A stretch of DNA of 64,000 bases from Candidatus Delongbacteria bacterium (lineage in GTDB: Bacteria > CAIWAD01). This document shows, piece by piece, positions 10,559 through 20,489 of this stretch; positions within the stretch are counted from its first letter, which is position 1; every line of letters starts with the position of its first letter. The position numbers and the translations under genes are program-made. The notes beneath the pieces were generated by a model. That model was given only the letters and a program-made list of their open reading frames with translations. It did no database searches and had not been told where the DNA came from. The stretch spans positions 2,240,001 through 2,304,000 of the forward strand of contig OY760505.1 of the NCBI GenBank assembly GCA_963663545.1, given 5' to 3'.

Positions 10559-11587
10559 ATGGCTCGTGTTATGATGTTTGTGGATGGAACCTGGTTGTAT
10601 CAGAACATGTCCCGCCTGCTGGATTACACAGAGGATCGCAACTACCAGATCGATTACAGCAAGCTGCCCAAGGCCATTCTGAACGAGATGGCCATTCAGC
10701 AGCCCGGGCTGCACCTGGAGTACGTGCGCGGTTACATGTTTGGTGCCTATCCGGTGAAAGTGGATCCGCTGGACGAGGGGCTCAGTCTGCGGCAGCGTGA
10801 CTTTTACACGCGACTGCGCGAAGAGTACTTCTACCATGTGGAAACCTACCCCGTCAATTTCAAGGGACGGCGCATTCGTCGCAGCGATCGCGACCCGACC
10901 GATCCCTTCCACCCGCGTGAAGCCCAGGCCACGCTTTCGCTGGCTACGGCGGCGCTACACAATTGCTACCTGGATTCGTGTGACATCGCCGTGTTCCTGA
11001 TCGGCGATCGCGATTACAAGCCAGCCATACGTGCCATTCGTCGTCTTGGCCGTCGCACGGCCATCGTGAGCATTCGCAATGCCTGCACGCCGGAATTCGC
11101 CACGCCGCAGGATCGCACCCAGGTGGCCGATTTCGACACCATCTGGATGGACGATCTGGTTTCTGAAGTGCAGCTGGTGCACGAACCGCACATGCTGGAA
11201 TGCCAGGGTCCGGAACACATCGGCGACCGCATGGTGATGACCACCTACTATCCGCGTCCCGGCCAGAAATTCTTCTGCGACGCCTGCCGCGACGAGTACG
11301 AAAATCAGCGCCAGGAGCAGCTTGCGGAAATCGACGAGCGCCGCGAACGCGCCATCGAATCCGGCGATCTGGTGTTTGGTTGCGTGAAAACGGTGAAGAT
11401 GGACAAGGGCTTCGGCTTCATCACCGCCGACAACGGCGAGGACTACTTCTTCCACTATAGCGACCTGGCCGAGGGCCTGGAGTTTGGCGAGGATCTGGTG
11501 GACCTTGGCGTGAGCTTCTATATCGTCCGTGAGCCGAATGAGGGAAGGGCCGGCGCGGCGACTATGGTGCGGTTGGAGGACGAGTAG
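10559..11587 (+). CDS. NYN (LabA/DUF88, PIN-like) domain plus Cys/His linker plus C-terminal cold-shock domain
   Basis: MFVDG, LIGDRDYKPAI..GRR, VADF; CxxxxH...CDAC; KGFGFI..GEDYFFHYS. Confidence 0.85.
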   Translation: MARVMMFVDGTWLYQNMSRLLDYTEDRNYQIDYSKLPKAILNEMAIQQPGLHLEYVRGYMFGAYPVKVDPLDEGLSLRQRDFYTRLREEYFYHVETYPVNFKGRRIRRSDRDPTDPFHPREAQATLSLATAALHNCYLDSCDIAVFLIGDRDYKPAIRAIRRLGRRTAIVSIRNACTPEFATPQDRTQVADFDTIWMDDLVSEVQLVHEPHMLECQGPEHIGDRMVMTTYYPRPGQKFFCDACRDEYENQRQEQLAEIDERRERAIESGDLVFGCVKTVKMDKGFGFITADNGEDYFFHYSDLAEGLEFGEDLVDLGVSFYIVREPNEGRAGAATMVRLEDE

Positions 11588-11649
11588 TCTTCCTTCCAAC
11601 CTTCTTCTTTGATCGCTATCGCTGCCGACCGTGCCGGTCGGATCGGTAC

Positions 11650-11896
11650 TCGGTATCGAGACTTTCCCTGCGAGGCGGTCTTGTCGCTGACGGCTGGCGT
11701 TTACTCGTCTCAGGTTTACTTCGTGTGTGATACAAATGGAGCGGGTGAAAGCCCGCTCTTTTCTTAATCGGTATCGCTATCGGTATCGAGACTTTCCCAG
11801 CGGGGCGGTCTTGTCGCTGACGGCTGGCGCTGATTCGGTCTTGGTTTTTCTTCTTGCGTGATACACAAGGAGCGGATGAAAGTCCGCTCTTTTTTT
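11650..11896 (+). repeat. Imperfect tandem duplication (period about 130 bp); each unit ends in a terminator-like hairpin
   Basis: 11650-11699 and 11780-11829 match at 48/50; hairpins at 11739-11758 and 11870-11889, each followed by T-runs. Confidence 0.9.
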
Positions 11897-12439
11897 CCTG
11901 CGCGGAAGGCGCGCTTCCTCTTCGCCTGCGGCGGGTGGAGAAGAAGCTACGCATTCAAGCTTGCTTGACTACGTGGCTCGTGGCCTCGCCCATTAGTATA
12001 CGCTCGCCTACTTGTTCACCGCCTAGCTGGGCATGAGACGGATGTGTGGATGGAACGGTGCAGCGTGTGACACTTTAAATGTTCCCCGAAAGGTTCCGAT
12101 CCGGGCGAGCGAAGTGTCCGACCACTAACTGAGTGCTCCACTCGGGAATAGTCTCATGGAGAATTGATAATAGGAAAGTGATAGTCAGTTTTCCTGGATG
12201 TCCTTGATTACTACCTTTGCAGGCCCAAACAGGTATCAAGCGAAGATATCTGCTTGAACGTGACCTGTAGATAGAAACACGCACTGGCTCCGGAAATGCA
12301 GATCAATGAATGGATTGGGGATGCCATTCTCTGCGTATTACCCGGAAAGGAGGCAAGCACGAATAACAGATCCGGTGCCTGATGCAAACGGTGCTACTTG
12401 ACTGGCACCTCCAAATTCTGGAGAATGCACATGCGTTGC

Positions 12440-15400
12440 ATGAGATTTCCAGTCCGGTTCTGCCTTGTGCTACTGACAGTACTGATTCTTGCGGGAACGG
12501 GAGCAACACAGACTTTTTCAATTCTTCGATTCGAGGTTGATGGACGCGCACACGGCGTGTTTGAATGCGATCAACTTGAATTCTCATCCACTGCTGACCC
12601 GACCAATTTGTGCTATTCGCGCCAAGGAGAGCATTGTTCTGATTGGTCGACGGGTGTTTTAATGCCACGCAGTAATGCCTATCACAATTATACTCATGGT
12701 CGCATTGGTTCTACCGCCAGCGCCGTCGCTGAGTCAGGCTATGTCGAATACGACAACATTCCGGGCTACGGAAGAGTCTATTATCGTATTAGGTACTCGC
12801 GCTATAATTCGGGAACAGATGATGTTCGCATCTTCCTGAATGATGTGCAGGTCGGTGTATTCAATCCACAGAATACAGGGAATTGGAACAGCTTCAGGTG
12901 GTCTGACAGCGATTCTGGATGGTTCCAGCTGGACCTTCCTCCTCGACCGGAGTACGAGATTGTTGCATCTGTGACTGAAGGCGGTGAAATCACTCCTTCA
13001 GACACGCAGTTCGTGCCCGAGGGTGAGAACCTTTGCTTCAACATCAATGCAGACGATTGCTATCATCTTGCTTATCTGTATACTGATGGCGTGAGCATTA
13101 CACCGCTGACGAGTTATTATTGCTTCAATTCTGTTATTGCTGACCATACGATCCATGCTGAGTTTTCACGGGATCAGTATGAGATAACGAGTACGCTTTC
13201 CGCTGGCGGCAGTTTACAACCTGCCTGCCCATTCTTGGCATCCTGCGATACAACGGTCACTTTCTTGATACTGCCGGAGTCTGGTATGCAGGTTGACGAA
13301 GTCCGGGTGGATGGAGAGCTGCAAGAACCAACACCAGACTCAATTACTTTGTCAGGCATTCGCACAGGCCATAATCTGGCAATCAGCTTCTCTGCCATGA
13401 CATACACAGTCGATATCTCGTCCAACGAATTTGGAAGCTGTATTCCAGAGGGTGAGCAAATCGTTCAATGGGGCACTGATTTGAGTATCCAGTTCACTCC
13501 TGCTCCAGATTGTGAAGTGACAAGTGTATTTCTGGATGGGTATCCCCTCGTACCAGTGCCACAATCTGGGTATGTCATCGAGAATGTCACTGCTGATCAC
13601 ACTCTTGTTGTTGATTTCCGTGAGGCGAACATTGCCTATTTCCCGATCCTCATTGATGACTGTGACACACCAACTGACTGGGATTTGAATGCGCTGAGTG
13701 TTCCACATGGATTGGTTTACGGGAGCGCTTCCATTGGCAGGAACTGGGTTAATGAGTCGGCCTATTCCTTCTGCGTCAATTCTCATTCAGGTCTGCACAC
13801 CTACTTCGGACAGTGGGAAATGCTTATGGGACCGGATTCTGAGAATCAGAAAACAGATCTGTCCCAGATTTTATGGCCGGGCATCAAGGCTGAATACCAA
13901 GGTGAGATTCGCCAATTGTTGATCAAGGTTCTCGATGTCAGTAGTAGTCAGAGCAATACAAATCTGAGTCTGCGACTGGAGCTGAAATCATCAAACGGCA
14001 ATATCGTTGCATCCCAGACATGGAGCAACCTATTGCAGTTCGCTTATCCCCACACGTTTACAATGGAGCTGGATCCGACCTCCCTGGATGATGTGGAAAT
14101 GGTTGTCTGGGTTGCAGACAACGCCCTCGTTGGCGATTGTATCACAGTTGACCGATTAGCGTTCAATGCTGCGATGAAGATTGTCGACCCGGAGGTGCAG
14201 GCCTTTTTATGGAACTACAGCAACCTCATGTATAATCAGGATCCTGTGTCGGGGATGTTCAAGGATCGCAGTAACGCAGAGTTTGGAACATTTGAGAATG
14301 TGACCGCTACAGGAAAGGCCGCGAAGGTGACCGCACTTGCCTATGTGGCTGATATCATTGAGCAAGAAGTTGCCGAGCAGACTGTCGCCCTGATTGTTGA
14401 ATCCATACTGGCGCTTCCTAGAGGTCCAGTCGGTGTCAACCAGCTGGTGCCACACTTCACATGCGCAGGCGGAAGCACGATTTTGACAGGGACGGAATGG
14501 TCCACTGTGGATTTTGCTATGACAATTCTAGACTGCTATTTGGCACTGGAAATTCTAGGTGATCGCACAGAGGATCAGGACTCACTACTTGCTATGCTTG
14601 CTCGGATCGATTGGGCGGACTTGCTCGTCGAGGCTGATGGTAAAACATTTTTGTCTCACGGGTATGCAGCAGATGGCACTCTGCTTACTCCCTACTGGAA
14701 TCATTATGGCAATGAAACGCTTTCTGCGAATCTGGCGATGGCGGCGTGCACTGGGCATCTACTGGCTATGGAGGGTCCACCTTGTTTTGGCGGAAGTGCA
14801 TTCATTGAATTCGCTCGTGTCCCGATTCTGATTGACGGTACTGACCGGTACGGCAACAATCATTGGCAAACGCGTCGGGAGCTTCTCGAATCCCAACTGA
14901 GCTGGTATCAACAGCCAGAGAACTACAATCCATTTCTTGTTTCCGCGCACCTGAGTGGCCTCTCTGCTGCTGAGAATGCTTTGATTTCGAGAGGTGTTTC
15001 ACCCGCAAACGCATACAAGGCCTACGGCATTGGCGGTTCGGGTGGCAATGCGATTGATGGTGATGCGAGCGTGATTGTAGGTCACTTCTCGGGTTTGATT
15101 GCAGCAGACAGTCTTGATGCTGCACTGCAGATCTGGGAATCTCTTCGTGACTGTGATGCGAGTGCACTTGCAGGTGAGATTCTGGTTTCACCGTGGAACA
15201 CCTTGGAATCCATGTCTGTGGATCCAGCCACAGGTAACTGCGTGGTCAATAGACTGCGGGGATCTTGGAATCTTGCACTTGCTTGCGATGGTTGGATTGT
15301 GATGCTGAGTCAGGCCAACGATGCGTTGACGGCTGCTGTACAAAGCGCAGAACCCATTCAGCGAGCGCTGAACGCCCTTTACTTCGACCATGAGACACCA

Positions 15401-15730
15401 TTGAAATCGCTAGTCACCATTGAGATGCAACAAACAGATATGGTCCTCAACTGGGATACCCAGACGATTTACGGTAATTCTGCGACACAGGATGTTGCGG
15501 ATTATGCCATTTTCTACTCGGAACACTGCTATGATTCCGATAGCGATTTCTACTTCCTGACAGTTACTGATACTACAACTTTCACGCATGAAAGAGTGGT
15601 CGAATTCAGTGAGATCATGTGTTACAGGGTGATGCCACTTTCAACAGCGGAGCGGGAACGACTGGAGGCAAATCCCCTCCTGGGATCAGCGTCGATGTCT
15701 GATATCAGAGAATTTCTTCATAGGAACTGA
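12440..15730 (+). CDS. Large secreted protein: bacterial Ig/InlB-B-like repeats plus a glucoamylase-like (GH144-like) domain
   Basis: Signal peptide; three repeats of the form G.I.P.G...V..G....F...DG......Y.F..V.ADHT; GMFKDR..NVTATG, WSTVD, IDW..LSHGY..WNHY. Confidence 0.6.
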   Translation: MRFPVRFCLVLLTVLILAGTGATQTFSILRFEVDGRAHGVFECDQLEFSSTADPTNLCYSRQGEHCSDWSTGVLMPRSNAYHNYTHGRIGSTASAVAESGYVEYDNIPGYGRVYYRIRYSRYNSGTDDVRIFLNDVQVGVFNPQNTGNWNSFRWSDSDSGWFQLDLPPRPEYEIVASVTEGGEITPSDTQFVPEGENLCFNINADDCYHLAYLYTDGVSITPLTSYYCFNSVIADHTIHAEFSRDQYEITSTLSAGGSLQPACPFLASCDTTVTFLILPESGMQVDEVRVDGELQEPTPDSITLSGIRTGHNLAISFSAMTYTVDISSNEFGSCIPEGEQIVQWGTDLSIQFTPAPDCEVTSVFLDGYPLVPVPQSGYVIENVTADHTLVVDFREANIAYFPILIDDCDTPTDWDLNALSVPHGLVYGSASIGRNWVNESAYSFCVNSHSGLHTYFGQWEMLMGPDSENQKTDLSQILWPGIKAEYQGEIRQLLIKVLDVSSSQSNTNLSLRLELKSSNGNIVASQTWSNLLQFAYPHTFTMELDPTSLDDVEMVVWVADNALVGDCITVDRLAFNAAMKIVDPEVQAFLWNYSNLMYNQDPVSGMFKDRSNAEFGTFENVTATGKAAKVTALAYVADIIEQEVAEQTVALIVESILALPRGPVGVNQLVPHFTCAGGSTILTGTEWSTVDFAMTILDCYLALEILGDRTEDQDSLLAMLARIDWADLLVEADGKTFLSHGYAADGTLLTPYWNHYGNETLSANLAMAACTGHLLAMEGPPCFGGSAFIEFARVPILIDGTDRYGNNHWQTRRELLESQLSWYQQPENYNPFLVSAHLSGLSAAENALISRGVSPANAYKAYGIGGSGGNAIDGDASVIVGHFSGLIAADSLDAALQIWESLRDCDASALAGEILVSPWNTLESMSVDPATGNCVVNRLRGSWNLALACDGWIVMLSQANDALTAAVQSAEPIQRALNALYFDHETPLKSLVTIEMQQTDMVLNWDTQTIYGNSATQDVADYAIFYSEHCYDSDSDFYFLTVTDTTTFTHERVVEFSEIMCYRVMPLSTAERERLEANPLLGSASMSDIREFLHRN

Positions 15731-15736
15731 CAACTC

Positions 15737-15770
15737 TTGGGAGGCGCGCATTACGCGCCTCCCAATTTCC
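15737..15770 (+). terminator. Hairpin directly after the large secreted gene
   Basis: 12-bp perfect stem ttgggaggcgcg/cgcgcctcccaa. Confidence 0.6.
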
Positions 15771-15933
15771 ATGACTATTGTGGCATTGGATGAGCTGAAG
15801 GTCCGGGTAAACTTGGATGGCATTGCCGCGCTTTGGTCGCATGGCGTGCTTGCCATGACGAATACGAGAGCCAGCGACAGGCGCTGGCCATCCCCCGCTT
15901 TTTCGATCCACTTATAATGCGACTCACCCTACC

Positions 15934-16436
15934 TTGCATCCAAGGAGGTTTTGCCACGCTCAAGAGTCGATTCAGCGAGCAGCAGATTTCAATGTGCTAA
16001 AGGAAGTGGAAGCTGGCGCGGCCATTGCTGACGTGTGCCGCCGGACGGGGATATCTGTGGCTACCTTCCATCGCTGGAAGGCGAAGTACGAAGGGTTGGA
16101 GCTGTCGGAGCTTCGGCGGATGAAGTCGCTGGAGTCCGAGAACGCCCAGCTAATGCGCCTATTAGCTGACACCTTGCTCGAGAAGAACACGCTAGAGGAA
16201 CTGGTCCGGAAAAAAGCGTGGGGCGATCCCAGCAAAGGGACGCTGTGATCGCCTTGATCACGCTCGGACTAAACGAGCGTGCTGCATGCCGTTTGGTTGG
16301 AATGTCCCGAAGCACGTACCGGCATCTTGCCAGCGAAAGTGAACTGAACCGGACTCTACGCTGCATTGCCAGTTCCCACATCCGCTTGCTCGCATTCGGA
16401 TGTGCTAGTAGAGGGATCCGGTGGCTGCATGGCTGA
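15934..16436 (+). mobile_element. Degenerate IS3-family element (OrfA and the start of OrfB; no DDE domain)
   Basis: DVCRRTGISVATFHRWKAKYEGL..LRRMKSLESENAQL; A6G slippery site at 16210-16216; -1 frame reads ERAACRLVGMSRSTYR, then degenerates. Confidence 0.85.
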
Positions 16437-17120
16437 AGAATCGAGGGCCGATTCTTTGTCTTTTCTTCGACAGCTTATCCTGAAGGTGAGGAGGAGACTT
16501 CTCGCGAATTCGCAGCGCTGCGCGAGCGGCTCAAACCGAATGCGAGAAATCTCCGAGGTGTCGAGCACGCAGTACACAAGCGCCAAAGGCGCGATCGATC
16601 ATAACCTGGGGCAGCGCCCCAGGTGGATGCCAGCTAGCCGTGCGGATACACATGCCCCAGGGGATATCTGCACACCCTCATGCGGGACACTCCTACGTTC
16701 CAGATGGAAACTGCCAGACTGAGCGGGAAAGACTGAAGGGGCATTCATTAAACCTCACAGAGCAGGGACGCTATTCTTCGTCTAGTTTGCCAGCTATCGG
16801 TAGGAGTGAGTCAGTGTTCACTAGTCGTGGCGAAATGGGGTGTGCGGGCTGTGTCCTGTCATGTTAACTCCACCCCGTTAAGTACGTAGCTGTTGTCAGG
16901 ATAAGAGATTAACAGGGACAGCTCAAGGACTTGGGCGCTCAGCTAACAAGTTCGATTTCGAGTGTCGGTCTTTCTTTACAAGGATGTGTTTTCCCTTGTT
17001 CTACCTATGCAGGATATGCGATCTTGGGTCCGTGCTTGGCTGGATACACAGGAAATCAGCAATGCGAAGAGCGGACTTAACAGGACCAAGAGAAGTGCGG
17101 AAGGGCGGGATAACACGGTC

Positions 17121-17141
17121 CGTAGAATCAGATGTTATACG
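17121..17141 (+). other. Putative attI-like site at the start of the first cassette
   Basis: cgtagaat-cagat-GTTATACG; the core is complementary to CGTATAAC at 18103-18110; no attC-type stem seen upstream. Confidence 0.5.
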
Positions 17142-17177
17142 CTGTAGCCCAGCCCAGACTTTACATGGAGAAATGAA

Positions 17178-18098
17178 TTGTCACTATTGCATCAGATTCA
17201 GGAATCAGTAGTTCAAGAAGGGTCCGATTTGGGATCTGTTTTGCTCAAGCTTAGGCTGCTTGCTGCAAGACTAGGCAGTGAGGTTTTAGAAGAGTGGGTT
17301 AAGCATGAATCTGAGGGCTACCCAAAAGAGGCAGAACTCCCTGATTACAGAGTCATCGGTGTAAGCTATAGAGGTACTTTTTCTGGTCCGTTTGGGTCAG
17401 GTATTAAGAATGCGCAAATACCACCGTATCTTATTGAAAAGTATGCTGGGGATAGCTGGACGAACTATGAAATACGGAATAGTATTGCTGCCGTTGATGA
17501 GCTGGTTAAAAGCAGTGTCGATGGTGGCAGTTTAAGAATAGATGCCTCAAATCTCATTTTACTGTTGCAAGGCAAGGTTTATGAGGGGTACGCATGTAAT
17601 GATATTTCTGGAACAATATCGCGTGTGTCTCTTTCTGAAATTCAGCAAGCTGTGAGAAGTAGGATTCTAGAGCTTACGTTGGAGCTTGAAAAATCTATTC
17701 CCGCAGCAGCACATATTACTTTTGGTGCTCCTAAAGCTGAGCAGACGAATTCAGAGAAAGTCCAGCAAATATCACAGCAAATTATTTATGGGAATGTAAC
17801 CACTGCCGTTGCTGGTGGCTACGGGGCAAATATTGCAGTAACTATTGAAGAGCGAAATAAAGGTTCTCTAATTGAGTATCTTGAGGCTGCAGGCATACCA
17901 GAGGCTGATGCAACTGAGTTTGCCCAAATAGTAGAGGCTGAAGAGCCTACAAGTAAAGAGGAGCCATTTGGGCAAGGGGCCAAGCATTGGGTCGCTTCTA
18001 ATTTAAAGAAAGCTGCGGAGGGAACATGGAACATTGGTGTTTCCGTTGCAACAACTGTACTGACCGAAGCTGCATTAAAATTCTATGGCCTAAAGTAA
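17178..18098 (+). CDS. AbiTii-domain protein (integron cassette 1)
   Basis: LLxxIQ..LLKLRLLAARLG..EWVKHESEGY..LPDYR N-terminus; GGAG RBS; bounded by integron core sites. Confidence 0.75.
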   Translation: MSLLHQIQESVVQEGSDLGSVLLKLRLLAARLGSEVLEEWVKHESEGYPKEAELPDYRVIGVSYRGTFSGPFGSGIKNAQIPPYLIEKYAGDSWTNYEIRNSIAAVDELVKSSVDGGSLRIDASNLILLLQGKVYEGYACNDISGTISRVSLSEIQQAVRSRILELTLELEKSIPAAAHITFGAPKAEQTNSEKVQQISQQIIYGNVTTAVAGGYGANIAVTIEERNKGSLIEYLEAAGIPEADATEFAQIVEAEEPTSKEEPFGQGAKHWVASNLKKAAEGTWNIGVSVATTVLTEAALKFYGLK

Positions 18099-18103
18099 AT
18101 AAC

Positions 18104-18172
18104 GTATAACAAACGGCTGCTAGGGACTGCATTGCGCTGCACTCCATGCAGCCCCAGAGCCGAGCGTTAGGT
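18104..18172 (+). other. attC site 1 (69 bp)
   Basis: GTATAAC...cggct[g]ctaggg[a]ctgcat / atgcagccccagagccg...GTTAGGT, with two extrahelical bases. Confidence 0.9.
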
Positions 18173-18193
18173 CAACAGGTGTCAGGGGTGTAA

Positions 18194-20125
18194 ATGCCAA
18201 AAAGAACAAAGAAACACCACTCAGAGGACAGGTCACGAAACAGCTTTGCACTCACGCTACCGGAAAACTGGGTCCTAAGGGATAAAGACAAGGACTATGG
18301 AATAGACATTGAAGTAGAGGTCTTTGACAAGTCTGGAGAAGCAGCTGGGCTGGTGTTCTGGGGGCAGCTTAAAGCCACGAGTTCGACGAATCCGAGAACG
18401 ATTCGATCTGTAAGTCTCAGCATCTCTACTATTGTGTACTACAAGACCTTGGACATTCCGGTCTTACTCATTCGTTACTCTGAAATCGAAAACGCGTTCT
18501 ATTGCAAGTGGGCGCACGATATTGACCTCTACTATCGGAGGAAGGGTGCAAAGACTTATTCGGTGAAGTTTGATTCCGCGGATAAGTGGTGCCATGAGGC
18601 TCAGATAGGAGTTGAGAATGTATTGAGATGGCAACGCTCGCTAAACCGACATGGGGTTTCGTTGCCGCTTTCGATGGACGTACAGATTCATTCTGAGACC
18701 CTTTTTGGACAACCGAAGCATGTCGTGATGAGCAGGCTGAGACTTGCATTAGATCACTATTCTTCAATTCTTACGATTCCTAGAACATCTGCAAGTCCAC
18801 TATCACAGATAAAGATTGACAGCGAGCTGCTGAGAATCAAAACAGGTCCAAGAAGTTGGCTCGTGATCCATGGTGTTGATAGGATTGACAGCGAAGCGCC
18901 GTTTAATGATCTAGCTGTTGTGATTCTGTCAGGAGTTGCTACATCAATCGCACATATGGGAGAATCGGAAAAGGCAGGAGAGATCGTACTGATGCCGGAA
19001 GTATTTGACTCTCTGTTAGTCAATCAAGGGCTGTTTTGTGAGATTCTTTATCGCATGAGGTCTGGTGTCTATCTACTAAAAATCCTTGATGCGATTGGAA
19101 AGTCAATAGATTCCATTGAAGACAATCAGCTTGAGAATTTGGTTTACGCTTCAGTCATCATGCAATCAGCATGTAATACGGTTGACGATGACTATTTAGT
19201 TGAGAAGTTCATCCACCAATGTATTGGGAAGTACACTAGACTTTCAGTTAGCAGTCAAGTGGCTATCTGGCACTACAATTTGGGAAACTTTCTCAGGTCG
19301 CGACAAAGATATCGGGCATCTGTCAGTGCATACGTTCGTGCAGCAAGATTCGATGACGCGTATAAGACACGAGACTATTATTACAGGGAACTGGCTGGTT
19401 CCTTGTTCGGAGCCAATCAATTCAGTTTTGCTGCAGCGTGTTACAAGAGAGCGTATGATTTAGGGTGTGATTCAACGAGTCTTGCACTTCTTGCTGATTC
19501 ACTAATGCACTCTGGTAAGTATTCAGAGGCCCTAAAATGTTTTGAGGAGTACTTCGCTCTTGTGACGGATATTCCAGACGCTGAATGGATTCTTAAACAC
19601 TATTTGCTTAAAGAATTGTCCCGCGAATATGGAGTTGATGGCCAAATCAGGCAGCATGAGATTGCATATAGACTTGTAGGTGATGCTAGCAAACCGGAGA
19701 ATTTTGATCCTGATGCAATTAGAGCTGCCTTACGGAAGGATCTCATGTGTGGCTACGCCTGGTATAATCTTGGTATACACCAAACTGAGAGTGGCGCTCA
19801 TTTAGAAGCACGTAACAGTTTTGCCTTCTCAGCGGTACTCAACCCTTGGGATATGGAAGCCTGGGTCAATGCAATGAAGTGCTGTTTTAATGCTGGTGAC
19901 TCGCTCGATTTTCTGCAATGCCTTATTCTTGCTGGCTATCGTTTTGGCAAAAATGATTTTTTGAGCAACCTATATCAGATGCTTGGTGATGGTCTTCCAA
20001 CTGAGCTAGTAGAAGAGTTTTCAACAAGCCTCGAAGAATTGATTAGTAATCAGAAGACGAAAGCCGTTGAGAAGGAAATGCGTATGCATGGGCCAGAAGG
20101 GTTATTCATGTCTGTCGGTTACTAG
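18194..20125 (+). CDS. DUF4365-like PD-(D/E)XK domain plus TPR-repeat protein (cassette 2)
   Basis: DYGIDIEVEVF...FWGQLKAT; C-terminal TPR-like WHYNLG, AWYNLG, EAWVN. Confidence 0.75.
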   Translation: MPKRTKKHHSEDRSRNSFALTLPENWVLRDKDKDYGIDIEVEVFDKSGEAAGLVFWGQLKATSSTNPRTIRSVSLSISTIVYYKTLDIPVLLIRYSEIENAFYCKWAHDIDLYYRRKGAKTYSVKFDSADKWCHEAQIGVENVLRWQRSLNRHGVSLPLSMDVQIHSETLFGQPKHVVMSRLRLALDHYSSILTIPRTSASPLSQIKIDSELLRIKTGPRSWLVIHGVDRIDSEAPFNDLAVVILSGVATSIAHMGESEKAGEIVLMPEVFDSLLVNQGLFCEILYRMRSGVYLLKILDAIGKSIDSIEDNQLENLVYASVIMQSACNTVDDDYLVEKFIHQCIGKYTRLSVSSQVAIWHYNLGNFLRSRQRYRASVSAYVRAARFDDAYKTRDYYYRELAGSLFGANQFSFAAACYKRAYDLGCDSTSLALLADSLMHSGKYSEALKCFEEYFALVTDIPDAEWILKHYLLKELSREYGVDGQIRQHEIAYRLVGDASKPENFDPDAIRAALRKDLMCGYAWYNLGIHQTESGAHLEARNSFAFSAVLNPWDMEAWVNAMKCCFNAGDSLDFLQCLILAGYRFGKNDFLSNLYQMLGDGLPTELVEEFSTSLEELISNQKTKAVEKEMRMHGPEGLFMSVGY

Positions 20126-20130
20126 TGTTG

Positions 20131-20436
20131 ACCTAACACATACTTGCTGCGGCCCCACGGCGTGACACGCCATTTGCTGTTGGTGAGTATTGGTGTCTTC
20201 GCATTTGTGATGCAAATGCTTCGCCATTTTGCCCATCAGCCTGGCTGGATGTTTAACGAAGACCGTAGGGTAAACTTTTGGTTGGCGTAATTCCTCGGTA
20301 CGCATGACCGGGGCAATGTTAGCTTGGTTAGGGGAAAGCCGGCAAATGTCACAGCATTTGCCTTTGGTTTCGGCCCAGAGAGATTTAGCGCAAATGTCGC
20401 GCCACAGCTCGTGTGCCGCAGAAGCCGACGTTAGAT
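20131..20436 (+). other. attC site 2, unusually long (306 bp)
   Basis: ACCTAAC-acata-ctt[g]ctgcggc ... gccgcagaag-ccgac-GTTAGAT. Confidence 0.75.
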
Positions 20437-20489
20437 CTCATAGCAACCATCGATCAGACATAAACGGAAAAGAACAGGAGAAGCAGAAA

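Noticed and set aside
11600..11900. CRISPR array
   Set aside because: Only two long units, no repeat-spacer periodicity, and no cas genes.
16436..17120. Integron integrase or its remnant upstream of the array
   Set aside because: No ORF with tyrosine-recombinase motifs is recognisable on either strand.
20304..20489. N-terminal extension of the cassette 3 ORF given in the ORF track
   Set aside because: It lies within attC2, upstream of the cassette boundary; the GTG at 20490 has a good RBS.
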